Part shown: one piece after another, positions 47,567 to 61,784 of the stretch | Numbering within the stretch: position 1 is the stretch's first letter | How the letters are laid out: every line of letters starts with the position of its first letter | From: Amoebidium appalachense | Lineage: Eukaryota > Protista > Ichthyosporea | NCBI GenBank assembly: GCA_963693365.1 | Contig: CAVNZM010000006.1 | Span: 1,674,001 to 1,738,000, forward strand | DNA: 64,000 nt | Direction: 5' to 3' | Program-made: the position numbers and the translations under genes | The notes under the pieces: model-generated | The model's input: the letters and a program-made list of their open reading frames with translations, nothing else | Databases searched by the model: none | Told to the model about the DNA's origin: nothing

Positions 47567-50529
47567 TGGCGTACAGCACTGAGAGTAAATGCTTTGTATG
47601 TTTGACCATTAGTGGCTGTTCGGTTCGGCAGAATGTAGATGGAATGAAAGTTTGGAAGCCTATGTATGCGCGAATGCCCCGACGAATTTGGGATAGGGGT
47701 TTTTTTTTTTTTTTTTTTTTTTTGGTATGTTTTTGTGTTTGAGGTGTTAGGATGTGGGTTTATGCTGTTTCGTGGTTGATGTTGCATGTATGGACACACT
47801 TTTTGTATGTGGCGGTGCCATGGGGTCTGCAGGGATGTGGGCTTCAGAGTTCTTCTTCAAGTATTGCATGGTATAGCTACTACGTGGGTTCCCAGGATGG
47901 GTGTTCGGTTTTTTTTTTGTTTGGTCCAAAAATAATAATGATAATAACCCCAGCGTGTGTGGGCAGATGTGGGTGGTTTTTTTTTTTCTTTTTTTTTTTT
48001 TTTGTGGTGGTGGGGGGGGGGGGGGGGGGGGGGGGGGGACCTTCTTCTCGAGTTATATAACTTGTTGAATGTGGGGACTGGCCGTGGCAATCACGTTTCG
48101 AAGGTTAACGTTCTTTACTGAATAAATGAAAAGGTGATGCAGGCCAAGTTGAACGTTTGGCTTCACGCACTCTCGGATATTGATATGAATAGTATGGCCA
48201 GACTGGGTTCGATGTGACTTGAGTATTCACGTCATAATTCAAAAGGGTCTGTTGCTGCACCGGTCCCTTGACAAGTGCATTACCAATTTCACAAGATATT
48301 TGGTTTCCCGGCAGAGTGTGGGGCTTCTCAGAAGGTCCCTCCGATAAAAGCTTGAAAACGGCCAAGGGTGGGGAGCGAGGCAGAACAAAGTTGAGTTTTT
48401 CACGGTACCTGCACACAGTCCGATGATAAGGGTGTGGACGAAAAATTGTTGGGAGGGAGGGAGAGAGAGGAATTGAAAAAAGAGACCCACATGTGTCGAC
48501 GAGAGGCTCGAGGTTTGAACTTTGAACTTGCCGCCACCGGCCAAACCAGATGATTTTGTTTGCCCACCTCCGTAATCAGCCCATTTATGGTAAATGCCTA
48601 TGGCATAGGTGCTTCACTGACCAATCATAGGTTGAGGGGCGTCATGCCATGTTGCCGGGCTGCAAGCCCTTCATGGAAACCGACTTCTCCAGGTGGAAGC
48701 TTGGTAAGCATATGTATACATGTATTCTTCATACATTAGGATTTAAATAAAAAACTACATATTACACAACTGATATGTACTATCTTAAGAAATACACATT
48801 GATATACAAACTCTATCGATGTCTTGTGCCGTGACCTCGCGTCGAAAGGCCCAATAAGGCCTGACCACGCTAGGTGTGTCCACCAATCCTGTTGTTTTCT
48901 GATCGGATTGCTAGTTCCACAATTTCACACCCCGGGGCCCGAGGCAACGTAAATACTTGTCGACTCGTCAAACATCACCATTTTCTTTAGTTTCTTATCA
49001 ATAGATAAAAGAAAATTCGGTTGTTAGGCCCCGCATGCCAATATATTATAGACTGAACTATTTAACCCATCTATTTTATACGCATACAAAATATCAGGGA
49101 TCTATTATTAGTATTTTTAGATTTTGTTTGCCCTCGCGGAGGAGTCCGCACATGTGCTTTTGCCCAACTTTGGCAGACTGCCATAAATGGTAAAATCTGG
49201 CCTAGCTCACGGGTTATATGGCCTTGCCCGGCACGCTGGCCGTTTGGTGTGGATGGAGACCATTTATATATATATATATATACACTCCTTTGCCTTGAAA
49301 TCGATTTTAGAAGGCATTTTTGTGTTTTTCAATATGATTTTTCTGTGTCAGGTCAAACTGCTAAAACGATATAGCCTCGCCAGGTGGCACGGGCCTTGCC
49401 CTGGGCTTGGTGTACGTGACTGGCTCACCTTCGGGAGGAGGGTAAGGTAAGGATGTTTTCTGTGGGGATTTTCCGGACTTCAATTTCTGAAGCATATTTC
49501 GAATCCGCAAAGCTCGGCCTCTGCACCGGAGACAGTGCGAACTAATGTGCCCATGAAATACAATTACATACATCGCATCCATAAATATATGTCAATCTAG
49601 TTTAGTAAAGAAAGGTCAATCTGAGAATTCCCTGCTTATGAAATGGTTTATCCATCGCATATCGAGGCTCATTAGTTTGTTTACCCGTCTCTTCGAATCG
49701 TGTTCGGCTCAGCTTCTAGGGAGATTATAGCCCTGCAAAAAGAACAGCAAACAATTCCGCGGGCTTTTTCATTTTTTTTAATTTGCAAATTTGCTTTTGT
49801 TGGTTTTCGCAAACATTTTGGGGTTCTTGTCTCGTTTTTCAAAATATTTTAAATTGTTTATCTTGAATGATCAGAGCCCCGTGAATGCTTACACGACAGA
49901 AAACCGGTTTTTGATTGGAGATTAAGTTTTCACCAATTTTTTTGCTTAGGATTTTTGTTTCTATTGGATATTAGTCATCCGTCATAACTGCTGCACAGAG
50001 TTGGTGTCTTCAAGATATAATTTTAGCGCTTGGTCGGCCCAAGCTCAGATTCATCAAGCGAAAGAAGGGTACAGAACGTTACTTTTTCCTACTTACATCG
50101 TAGGACCTCTGTTGCCTCTTTTTCCCAAAAATCCAACGCGTTTAGGAAGGGAGCAACTTTATTCTGATAGACGATATATCTGCTGATACCTGTTTCGATC
50201 GCCTTACTTTTTCAACCGATTCTTTACAGTTGCTATTAGCATAGTCCTTTTTTCTGTCGTTTGCAGGAAAATTGTATTATTAAGGATTTGAAGACAAAAT
50301 CCTCTGTTATAAGGACCCTGCAAAACGAAAGTTTCCCTACAGTTATTCGTCGAACTGTTGATTTTGTTCTTATGGCTCTTTGTTAATTGCAAGAGCTTCG
50401 AACCGTGTATTTTAAATTCTGCCATAATAGTGGCTCTTCAAACGTGTTTACTAGGCTTTACACACCCTATAGTAACTTTAGATGCACACACAACGACACC
50501 TCAGCCACCGCTTTCCTTAGCAGTTTAAG

Positions 50530-53500
50530 ATGGATAGCACTTTGACACACAGAGTGTTGGTTGAAGAGCAGCTAGTTGCCCTTCACAGGCTGCTGACCGA
50601 GTATTATACGGTCGATGGCGGCTTCTCTCTTCCTACTCTGCAATTAAGGTGAGCTGAAGTCAGTAAATGCTTTGTGCGTTGCAGTTTTTCGTTCTCTGGA
50701 AATGTGGAGAGAGCAAAACAAAATAGCTATTTTGTGAAGGGAAGTTATGTACGATATTCGGCTGTGGTGGAACTTGTCATATACATGGGGTAGTGTCATC
50801 TCATGGGTACAATAGGGGGGCATTGAGGTTAGGTCTCCAAGGTTTGCGGGTCCTGGCTCTATTTGCGTTTCAAATTCGAGCTTTAAGATGTGATGTTTTT
50901 AGTTTCTGCATGAGTGGGGGTATCATCAAGGCAAGAATTTGTTTACTTTCTCTTTTTCTTGTCCAGCCTCGAGTAACATATGTTTGCATGAGTTGTGTTT
51001 GTGAAAGTGCAGTTGGTGATTATAAGCCGTGGTGGGAGCTGCTGTGCATGTGAAAGTGCTTGTGACGAGGGTACCTGTTTATGTTTTCCTGTTTTGGTGG
51101 GTTCGTGGTGCACCTTTTTCTTTTTAGTTGCGTACTGAATTGTTAATAATATTAGTGAATCAACAAGTAGGCAAGATTCCGTTCGTTTATAGGTGATAGC
51201 TCCGTGCTCGTTGATCTTCGCTCACTAACACTGGTTTCGTGGCAGGCCCAAGGACATCTGCTTGGCTGTGGCGCAGAAACTCTCCCGTACGGAGATCAAA
51301 CTTCGCGAGATAAGACTTAACGGTAGCACGGTGCCTGCTGTATTGGAGCCCCACGATGCCCATTTTTCAAAATTACAGCGATCTGGACCTGTGCTTCCGT
51401 GTAGATTTCGACGTTACACTAGCACACCAGCACTTCCAAACACTACTCGAAATCGTCATGGACTGCTTGAGAGATCAGTTTCCGGAGGATTTCTCACCAC
51501 ATAGTGCAACGATACCGTGCGGAGTTTTGTCTTCCAGCTATGTTGGGAAGCTGGTCAAGGTGCCAAACAACTACAGCCGCGACACTGGCAATGATGACTG
51601 CTGGTCTCTTATTTCTTTGCGCAACGACCGTGGTAGGAACCTCGAGTTCAAATTTGTTCACACCCTTAGGCGAGAGTGTGAATTCTCCATGGATTCGTTC
51701 CAGATAATCTTGAACGATACACTTCTCCAAATGACGAATTTTGACGAGGCTCTTCCAGACGTCGAGGTTAGTGTTGGCTCTCTCATGCTTGTTGAGATGA
51801 AAAATGCAGCTTGTGGCTAGGGCACAATTTCTCATGCTGCAGGATGAGGGAGGGAAGGGTATGAATGGAAGTTCATGATGGGTTAGAGGTTGCGTGTATG
51901 TGTGTGTTTGGGGGGGGGGGGGGGGGGGGGGGATCCAAGACCTTTTTGTGAAGTGGGCGGGAAAACGGAAAGGAATGAGAGAGAAAAAGAGCCTGGCTGG
52001 TCGTAGTGTTTGAGATTTGGGGGATGTTGAAGGTTTAAGTACCTTCTTGTAGAAGTGCATGTGACTAGTGGAATAAGGCTATGCAGCCTTGGTGGACTGT
52101 GGCGCCTTCTTTGTGTGGGTTTTTTTTTGCAATTGACTAATGTCTATGTTCATGTGCAGGTCGAGTGTGTCTATGGGGATTACGACGAGTCTCTCGAGCA
52201 TTTGCGGAGGCGCATTATTAGCATCAAGTCCCCGGAGCAGGTGCGAGGAGGTGGTTTGCTGAAGTATTGCCGGCTGCTGGTCAAGGGCTACGAGGTGCCT
52301 GAGCAGATGTCCGACGCGGAGCTCGTCAAGCTTGAGAGCACCATGTGCACACGGTTCTTCATCGACTTCCCTACGGTCGAGGCCCAGCACAACACCATCA
52401 GCGCATGTCTGCGGACTCATCGATTTGACGGCTCTGACGCAGTACTTGAGTTCCTGGACCGCATCCACAGCGCCATTGACAACTACGCACGGCACACGAC
52501 GAGGTCTTGGGCACCAACGTTGGACATGATTGGTGTTATATACCATTCCATCCTCCGGGCCCATGCCGTTAGACCATCGCCGTATCATTTCCCTGCAGGA
52601 CCCATGCGTGTTCCGGCTTCACCCGTACCACCTGGCCTTGGAGTCCATGCAATGCAGCCACCGGTGCCACTACCCCTTCTACCCGTTCACGCGCCCATGG
52701 TAGCCCGGCCACATTGTGCTATGCCCCCACCACCGATGTTGGCCCAACCAATTGCACCGCCTACGTGGGCACCAGTCTCCGTGCCTGCGGAACCGCATGA
52801 TGGTCCATATCCTTCCCCGCCACTCACCCCTGAGATGCGCGCCGAGCGGATCGTCCACGAGCCCCCTACCCCACCCCCCGAGGTTGAGGAGGAGGTCGCT
52901 AGCAATGAATGCTCAGACAACGCCCCCTGTGTGAGTGACAGCACGGAGTTAAGCGAGTCAGAAACAAGCGACTCGTGCAGTGAGTCGGAGATCATTGTCG
53001 TCGTTCACAATCCACCTCTACCAGAGCCTACGCCTGCTACGCCGGAGTGCACAGCACCGAATACTCCATCCTCGTCGCCCGAGCCACCAGCACGGAGCCC
53101 CAAGCTGCCTTTTGGTAAGCGTCGTCAAGGCAGCCCCCAGAAGTCCGATAAAGGACAGCCCACGAAAGCCGAGCAATCCCCTCGGTCGGCCTCGGAGACC
53201 CGCAAACAAACGGCAGCACCAGCCACGAGTGAGAAGAAGTCGAGCTGGCGGGACCGCGAATCGTCTCGTGGGCGTGAATGGGGTCGGGACAAGGACTTCA
53301 GCAGCCGGCGGCCAAGCGGGTTTCGTGAGAAGGAGGACCACTTTGGGGAGTGCCGCAAGATCATTGCCCAGGGCGATAACGTCGAGCCGCTGTGTGCGTA
53401 CATCGACAACGGCATCATTGCCGTGGACGAGTTTGGGTTCTTCGGCAACCACCGCAGTGAGGGTCAGACCCTGCTGATGGTGGCCTGCAAGTACGGCCGG

Positions 53501-53935
53501 CTGGCCATTGTGCGCACCCTGCTGGAAAAGTACAAGGCAAACCCGAACACGGCGGGGGGTCTGGGCCGCTACACGGCGCTTCACTATGCGGCGTTCCACA
53601 ACCATGGCGTGGTGGTGCAGGCCCTGCTCGACCACGGCGCCGATCCGTCCATGCTTACGGCCGAGGGGGAGACGGCAGAGATGTCTGCACGTGCTCAGGG
53701 GCACGACTGGATTGCAAAGTTGCTCGCCGCAAAGCGCACCGGTGCGCCAACACCCCAGTCTGCCCCAGCAACCAAGGGAGGGCTGTTGCATCATCAATAT
53801 AGTGGCCGGGGCAGAAAGTCCAGTCGGTCTGGCAGCCCACCACCCGCCAAGCCGGTGTACTGCATGAAGGAGCGCGAGAGGAGACCCGAGCGGCCGGACG
53901 GGAGAGTGTCCCGGGCAACTATTCCTGTATGTTGA
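50530..53935 (+). CDS. TENT5: TENT5/FAM46-family terminal nucleotidyltransferase fused to a Pro-rich linker and C-terminal ankyrin repeats (~804 aa if the +1 frame break near 51364-51373 is corrected)
   Basis: Exons 50530-50648, 51246-51766 and 52160-53935. FAM46 motifs: LHRLLTE...PTLQL, IRLNGS, DLDL, YVGKLVKV, DCWSLISL, NLEFKFV, EFSMDSFQIIL, YGDY, RGGGLLKY, MCTRFFIDF. Ankyrin motifs: GQTLLMVACKYGRLAIVRTLL, TALHYAAFHNHGVVVQALLDHGAD, GETAEMSA. Confidence 0.9.
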
Positions 53936-55543
53936 TGCACGTTCGTCACGGTATTTTATTCCTCCACACCAAATACTGCAGCTGCCGTGCGGCGCTGGCT
54001 TCACTACGCGCCTTTTTCACGTGAGTACTTTGTTAAATTGTTCCTTTCGTTCACGTTTTGTTTGAACTTTGCTGCTGCAGGACGGCATGCACTTTTAATG
54101 GGCCTTTTGCCACGGAGTCTTTAGTGCTCCTCTGTTTCAGTTTTTGTTTTTGTTTTTCAGGGCTCGTCTTTTACGAAAGTGTTCATGAATGGAATATGGG
54201 TGTGTACTTGAACAACCCATACTTGCATGTGTCCTGTGTGTATCGAGATGTATTTAGTCGTAAAAACGAAGATCGGACCTCCCGAAGTTCTCCTGTTATT
54301 TCTTATGGAGATAGGGTTGTTGCGAAAATGTGCAGATATAGACCTGCACAGGTGAGCAAGTTAGAAGGTTGTGCTAATGAAGCACCCCTAGTGTACATCC
54401 CACTTCCCTCCCAAAAACTGTTAATAATTGGAGTGGATAGGGGTTTAAAAAAATGAGAATTGTAATACGAAGTAAGAGAAATATTGTCGATCTACCTAGC
54501 GTTTTATCTATACATCTATATATGAAACCTCGTTGTGTATGCATTTAATGATGTTGGACTGTACGCGGTAACTTGCATGACGATCGGTCAGGCATGTGGA
54601 GGAAATTGTAGAAAAAGACCAAAAAAAACGAAAAACGCGAATAATAAACCTATGAAAGTAGGTTTAACAAACTCTTTGTTTCTGTTTATCGGTTGCATCA
54701 TCCCCCCCACCCACACACAATGTGACGCACACACACACACACACACACACACACCCTGCTGCAACCCAACCTGGAGCTCTTTCCACTGGCACTGCTTTTG
54801 CCTGTTATGATTGCTTCCAAAGAGTAACCCTGCTCGTCTCGTGTTCAGTGAATACAGTGCTTCACGTCACCCACTCGTGTTCAATTAAAACTGAAGCACT
54901 ATTTGCGTTTTTTTGGCCAGGCATTGCCACTGAGGTGATCTTGGGTCGATACCCTGTACTGTGAATAACTTGGCCCCTCCTGCTGCATACCCTGTGTGTG
55001 TGCAAATTTCCAAAATCTGCACTGCAATTGTGTTAAGGCACCTTTACGTGAAACTTTCAGACATTGTTTCCGAAATTCTCCCCCCCTTCCGAGGCTTCAC
55101 GAGCTCCAGCCGTCCCTCCCTCACTCTCTTTCCCTGCATGCCTGTTCCCGACCACTGGGCCCTGCCGCATGGCATGCGATGTGCCCAGACACACACACAG
55201 ACACACACGTACGCATGTGTGCGGAGAAGTAACCCAACTGTTATTATATCAAATGCAAAGTTCTCAGTTTATTGTTGAAGTAGCGCGTGCGCCCCCGCCC
55301 ACCTCGATCAGGTCTAATATGTGCAGTCTGTAATCTGATTTAGGCTATCTCAAGTTAGCGTTACACACGTAACCCTAAAGTTATAACGTGTACACACCGT
55401 GTGGGATACAGATGTCACCTTCCGTGACAAATTTACCATGTCCACTGAAAAGCACGAAGCTCATGAGCACACGCCTTGCTAACACGTACTGACGTGTTGC
55501 CGCACGTGCGACGTTATACATCTACTTGTGGCGGTCCCTTTTT

Positions 55544-55584
<41 letters not shown>

Positions 55585-57755
55585 AAAAAGAAAAGGGAGA
55601 CACCGCCTCAGTAGGTGGTAGCACGCTTTGGTACCCTCAATGTAGAAACACCATCGTACACAGGCAAATGGTTGTAGTGCACATGAACAAAAGCAAGGCG
55701 CTATGCGTGCACCCGTGTATGCTGATTTGTACACATTGTGCAGCTGCACACACTAACTAATTACTTAGTCAACCATATGATTCATCTCGTAGCCTGAATT
55801 GACCAAATAAGCAGGCGACAACACGTGCATAACAATTCAGTATGTGCACCGTTAAAGTGTCTTATGTAATGGCATCCAGTGCTATCATTTACGTATGCAT
55901 AGATACCCCTTAATAGTAATTTGAATGCTGCGTCAGTCTAATAACAGTACCTGCACATATCGTTTTCACGAAACTAATACGCACCGCGGAATTTTTTTAT
56001 TGGATAAGCGGTCCGAAAAGCCGGTCGGATTGGGTCGAAAATAGATCCAGTGATTTAAGTGGGTAAAAATCAGGAGGTTGAATCGCCGATTTTTGGGAAA
56101 AAATTATACAGTACCTGCACATATGCCTCCACCGAATTTTTCCCAATTACAAGATGGTGGAGGGACGGACGTCGATAAGATAAAGGGGTGTGCCGCGTAT
56201 AAGATGTGTGCGCAAAAATACCTACCAGTCCGGTAGTTTGTCTGTATTTTTTGTTTTGTCAGAGGGAAAAACATCCACCATCAAAGAAATGCCACGAAAA
56301 GTGAAGAGCCCTTGAAGCGGTTCACGTGTTTTATACAGATTTGGAAAGCGATGATTGGATGTTATATCTAACCTGTGATATATAACCAATGGGAATAATG
56401 GTTGTCCTTCCAGGGATATAACTAATACAGTATTTGGAAACAACTGTGAGATTTGAAAAGGGAATTATTAGCTTCATTGTGTAAACCAATACTACAGGAA
56501 CGTCTGCTATTTCTTTTTTTACGCTACGGAAGCAGTACCTTCAAAAATGTATACGCAACAAGTTGAGATCATATGATGGGAGCTAATCAAAATATTCCGT
56601 GCACAAACATTTTAGCCATCTGTGATAGATGGCGAATGGGAGGCTTTGCAACTACACCAAGTTTTCAATAAAATGACGAAGAAGGTAAAAGGGCAGAAAC
56701 ATTACGAATGTTGATGCAGAAAACGACATAAAAACTATTTTGTTATATAGTGATAACAAAAAGCTGTCTATATACATATTATTTCCAGTATTTAGGCTTC
56801 TCTAGAATCATAGTAGTGCAGTTCGTAGCCAATCCAAATATTCAGCCTCTGGACGGTTGTGCCGAAAATTCAAGTTCTTTTAGATATGCCTGGAAATTGA
56901 TTTCTCCTAGTTTGAATGAGAGCGAATCAAGAGACATACTGTGATAGTCTCCAGTTGGAATTTCGCACGAATAAATCGAGTGCCGCATTGCCGGGACCTG
57001 TGACATATGCCCGCCCTTATTAGGTCTAGATCCACTGCACTGCAGCACAGAACGAGCCCATCATCCCGTCATATATATTCCCAATTTGTCCCTAATTTGC
57101 TGCTGTGTTTGCGCAAACCCTTTCATTCGTATCTACAGCACTCCTTTTGTCTATGTAACGCCATTCTAACAATACGGTACCATATATAGTCATTAGGCTA
57201 CATACATCGCATATTTCCGCGTACCACAAGCAATCTACGCAATCACACACACTGATATACAGTCATGTATTCATATATGATAAGTCTGAACTCTTCGTGT
57301 GTGTGTTAGTATACTGCAGGTATGAACCGGCAACAACACCGTTTACTCATATCCTCATATCTATACTATAACTAGTTCTACAACAAGCCTTTCAAGGCGT
57401 TCATTCAACATTTGTTACGATTCAGAGTCCAATTTCTTGTTCTATATATTATCTTTGAGAGCCGCCTACGTGCAGATCAACATTGTATGCCTCCAAAAAC
57501 CTAACAAGACCCCCGCTCTCCCCCCCCCCCCCCCCCCCCCCCCCACCCCACCCCAAAAAGACACACACACACACACACACATAGGCACTTCCACCCCACC
57601 AACTCGCCTACAGAACCAACACACACATGCATCCCCCCCCCCCCCCCCCCCCCCCCCCCGCACATACATACACATACACCTCCACCCTCAATAACACCAG
57701 CCACTTTGCCTGTTATTTCGTTCCTTCTCTCAATGGATCGTGGGCAGGCCGCCAG

Positions 57756-57817
57756 TTAGGGGCAGACCAAACAGTTGTAGAGGTCACGGGGCATGGTCTT
57801 GAGGCACACCTCTTGTG

Positions 57818-57903
<86 letters not shown>

Positions 57904-59002
57904 CATGTGTGCGCGTGTGTGCGCGCGTGCAATGTGTGTGTGTGATGTGCTTGTGGCGGTGTGGCTCAACACCATTGTCCCGCCGGGAAGGGGGGTGGGG
58001 ATGAGGGGGAGGGTGGGTTAGACTTCTAGAACAGGGCCTAACTAAAATTGAAAGATGCTCCACCGTTGAGGTTGCAGATATACCTCAAAGGAAACCTGGC
58101 AATAATCCAACACCACAAGGGATGTTAGCTGAGGGTGGGTACCATGCCTGGCCGCTCCCGATGGGGGACGGGGGGGAAGGGCCCCGGGAAAAGGGGCGAG
58201 GTGAAGGCACGTGGTACACATTAAGGAGTAAAGAGGACGGTCTAGCATGCAAAGTGAAATGTGTGCAAATGGTTTTTTTCGATGTGCTTAGGGGTTGGAG
58301 AAGGGTGGGGAGAGGCGGGGGGGGGGGGGGGGTTTGAATGCAGAACACGGTACGAAGTACGCATACACGACGAGAAGCATGGTGCAGGACACATGCAAAG
58401 GCAAACATTCAAGTATGCAACATCAGCCATGTGCACAGTATGCGTCATAAGCAGAGCCCATCCTCAGGGAGGACCCAAGTCATCAATTGCATCTGAGTTT
58501 CGACCCCTCAGCCCGCGTATATACGACGCTCCAACTCAGACAGCAGCATCAACTGAACTTGGGCGGGTCAACCCGTCTTGATCAAAGACGAGCAGGGTTG
58601 CTTATGCAAGCAAGGTGAGCAAAACGGTGAAGATGTGTGTGCAAACTAATGCAGTGCAGCGAATAATGCATAAGTGCTTACAGATGCACGACACAGAGCA
58701 ACCATGCCCGGTTGCATGGAAGTAAAGCGATCTCCACACAGTGGTCTGTCCTGAAAGGACACCTCTGAAAGAAGACTGGGGGGGTTTGAATGCAGAACAC
58801 GGTACGAAGTACGCATACACGACGAGAAGCATGGTGCAGGACACATGCAAAGGCAAACATTCAAGTATGCAACATCAGCAAAGCGCACAGTACGCACCAT
58901 AAGCAGAACCCATCCCCAGGGGAGTATGGGGGATGTGGGGAGGTGGATTGGGTGGGTGGGTGTGGTGGTGGTGGTGGTGGTGGTGGTGGTGGTGGTGGTG
59001 GT

Positions 59003-59036
<34 letters not shown>

Positions 59037-59668
59037 TCGAATAGATGGAGTAAATTTGAACGCCGTGATTGGATATTGAAGGGAGATTTGAGAGCTCGTT
59101 AATGTATGTTAATGCAACCCACCTATAACATTGGACGGCAGGAAAGATGGAGGAAAAGAGCAGAGCCGGAGGAAGCGACCCAGAGGAGGTGGGGGGTTGA
59201 ATGCACCACATAGTACGAGGGACACATTCACAACCGATAACACAATGCAGGGTGCAAACCACACATAGAGTGTGCATAATAAGCAGAGCCCATCCTCGGG
59301 GGGGTGGGGGGGGGAGGGGGAGGGGGGGGGGGGGGGGAGGGGGGAGGGGGGGGGGGGGGGGGAGGGAGGATTGCATTAGGGAATATCATAAAAGAAAAGT
59401 AGAACTCGAAGGTGACAGAAAGCACAAAAACCAAGAATTCAAAACGAAAAAAAAAAGAAGAAAATGTGGAAAGACAGGAAAGACAGAGGTGGGTAGGTAC
59501 CTGCAATGCTTCGAGAATCATTTCTTGGGGGGCACCAACTACGCTGACCCCATTCACCTCTGTGATGCGGTAGCCGGTCTGTATGTGTGTGTGTGTGGGT
59601 GGGTGGGTGGGTGGGTGGGTGGGTGGGTGGGTGAGTGGGTGTGTGTGGGTGTGTGTGTGAAAACGGTG

Positions 59669-59699
<31 letters not shown>

Positions 59700-59829
59700 G
59701 TGTTCGCCCACGTGCAGATTGTGTATTCTGGGGTTGGTGAAAGGCATGCACACGCGTGCGCTCGGGTGTGTGTGTGTGTGCGCGCGCGCGTGTGTGTCTG
59801 TGTCTGTGTCTGTGTCTGTGTCTGTGTCT

Positions 59830-59916
<87 letters not shown>

Positions 59917-60319
59917 GGGGGGGGGGGAAGGACATTTATTAGGGTATAGTTCGGCTGCCGCCTGCAGGGGCCTCCAACCATTCGGCAAACTGCAAGAAAT
60001 CTCGGCCAAATAAGACGATCCCTTACTTTCAGATGTCGTTCAGTGTGTGATATTCGGGTCCGAAATTTACCACAACCAACCAGTAAGTTTATCATGATGC
60101 AGGGTTAAGATGTTTATTCATTATGCATTTTCAAGTTTGTGCAGTCCCATCGCACCAATCACAAATTGTGCTACAAGTCAAATATATGCTGTGAAAAGAG
60201 ACAACGGGAAAACCAACATAAAGACCCCCCAACGAGAAGCGCATCTTGAACAGAACCCATTACCAGGCAGGTTCCCATTTCGCGTGGGTCGTGGTGGTGG
60301 TGGTAGTTGGAAGGGAGAA

Positions 60320-60355
<36 letters not shown>

Positions 60356-60494
60356 CGTCCAGCTTACCCTGAGGCCCGCAATGTCTGCTGGAGAGCCCTC
60401 CTCGACATTCACTATTTCATTTTGGTAAAGCCCAAATCCCTGTGGTGTTGATAATATTATTATTATCATTATAATCAAACTTATTATTAATAAT

Positions 60495-60530
<36 letters not shown>

Positions 60531-61023
60531 TGTGTGGGTGTGTGGGTGTGGGTGTGTGGGTGTGTGTGTGTTTGTGTGTGGGCGCGCGCGTGTGTGCGTG
60601 TGTTTTGGGGGGGGGGGGGGAGGAGGAGGGGGGGGGGGGTTTGAATGCGTCAAAAAGTACGAAGTACACAAGAACAAACGGATAACACGATGCAGAATGC
60701 AAGCCATACATAAAGAGTATGCATAATAAGCAGAGCCCATCCTCGGGGGGGGCCCACGTCATCCACAAACCGGGGGGGGGGGGGTTTCGATACGATAAGG
60801 GGCTCACAGAACATTTGACACCAAAGCACGTGCTCGACGTGAAGAGAAATAGAAGGTACGCATTAGAGTATAGGCAGTGGCTATATACCTTTTTATTAAA
60901 CGGTAAAAAAAAGTAGGAATATCGAACGAGTTAAGACTATATCTGAGTTAGTACGTGAAAGGTACAGGAACAACACCACAACAACGAGAAAAGAGCACTG
61001 GGGTAGGATTGTGGTGGTGGGGG

Positions 61024-61090
<67 letters not shown>

Positions 61091-61140
61091 CGCGCACGCA
61101 TATCTTTTAGAGGGTGGGTGGGTGGGTGGGTGTGTCGGGG

Positions 61141-61177
<37 letters not shown>

Positions 61178-61507
61178 TGAATGCGGAACACAGTACGAAG
61201 TACGCATACACGATGAGAAGCATGGTGCAGGACACATGCAAAGGCAAACATTCAAGTATGCAACATCAGCCATGCGCACAGTATGCGTCATAAGCAGAGC
61301 CCATCCTCAGGGAGGGGGGGGGGGGGGGGGGGGGGAGTCAAGGTTATTACCAGTCTGCCATCTGTGGAATGGTCTCTGTTGATGCGCACCTGCAGCACAG
61401 GGTCGGCAGGCACCACCACCATGTGCACCGTTGTCTCCTTGCTGCCCCCCCCATTGGTTAAAGATCAGCCAATGGCAATTTGTGTCTTAGTGCGAGAGAA
61501 TGGGGGG

Positions 61508-61540
<33 letters not shown>

Positions 61541-61739
61541 GAGGGGGGGAGGGGGGGGGGGGGGGGGGGATGGGGGGATTGGGGAGGTCGAAGAACAGAG
61601 GGCTTTGCGCTGGCCGGGGGGGAGGGGGGAGGGCAGCACCCTTACAATCTCGTTTGGGTTTGGGGTGGGGTGTGGGTGTGTGAGTATGAATTTTAATATG
61701 TGTGTGTGTGTGTTTGTGGGCGGTATGTGTGTGTATGTG

Positions 61740-61784
<45 letters not shown>

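Noticed and set aside
48534-49260. Possible MITE (CCATTTATGG / CCATAAATGG inverted pair, TTTTGTTTGCCC repeats)
   Set aside because: No convincing terminal inverted repeat or target-site duplication could be fixed.
53018-54004. 328-aa antisense ORF
   Set aside because: Shadow of the GC-rich ankyrin-coding exon on the + strand.
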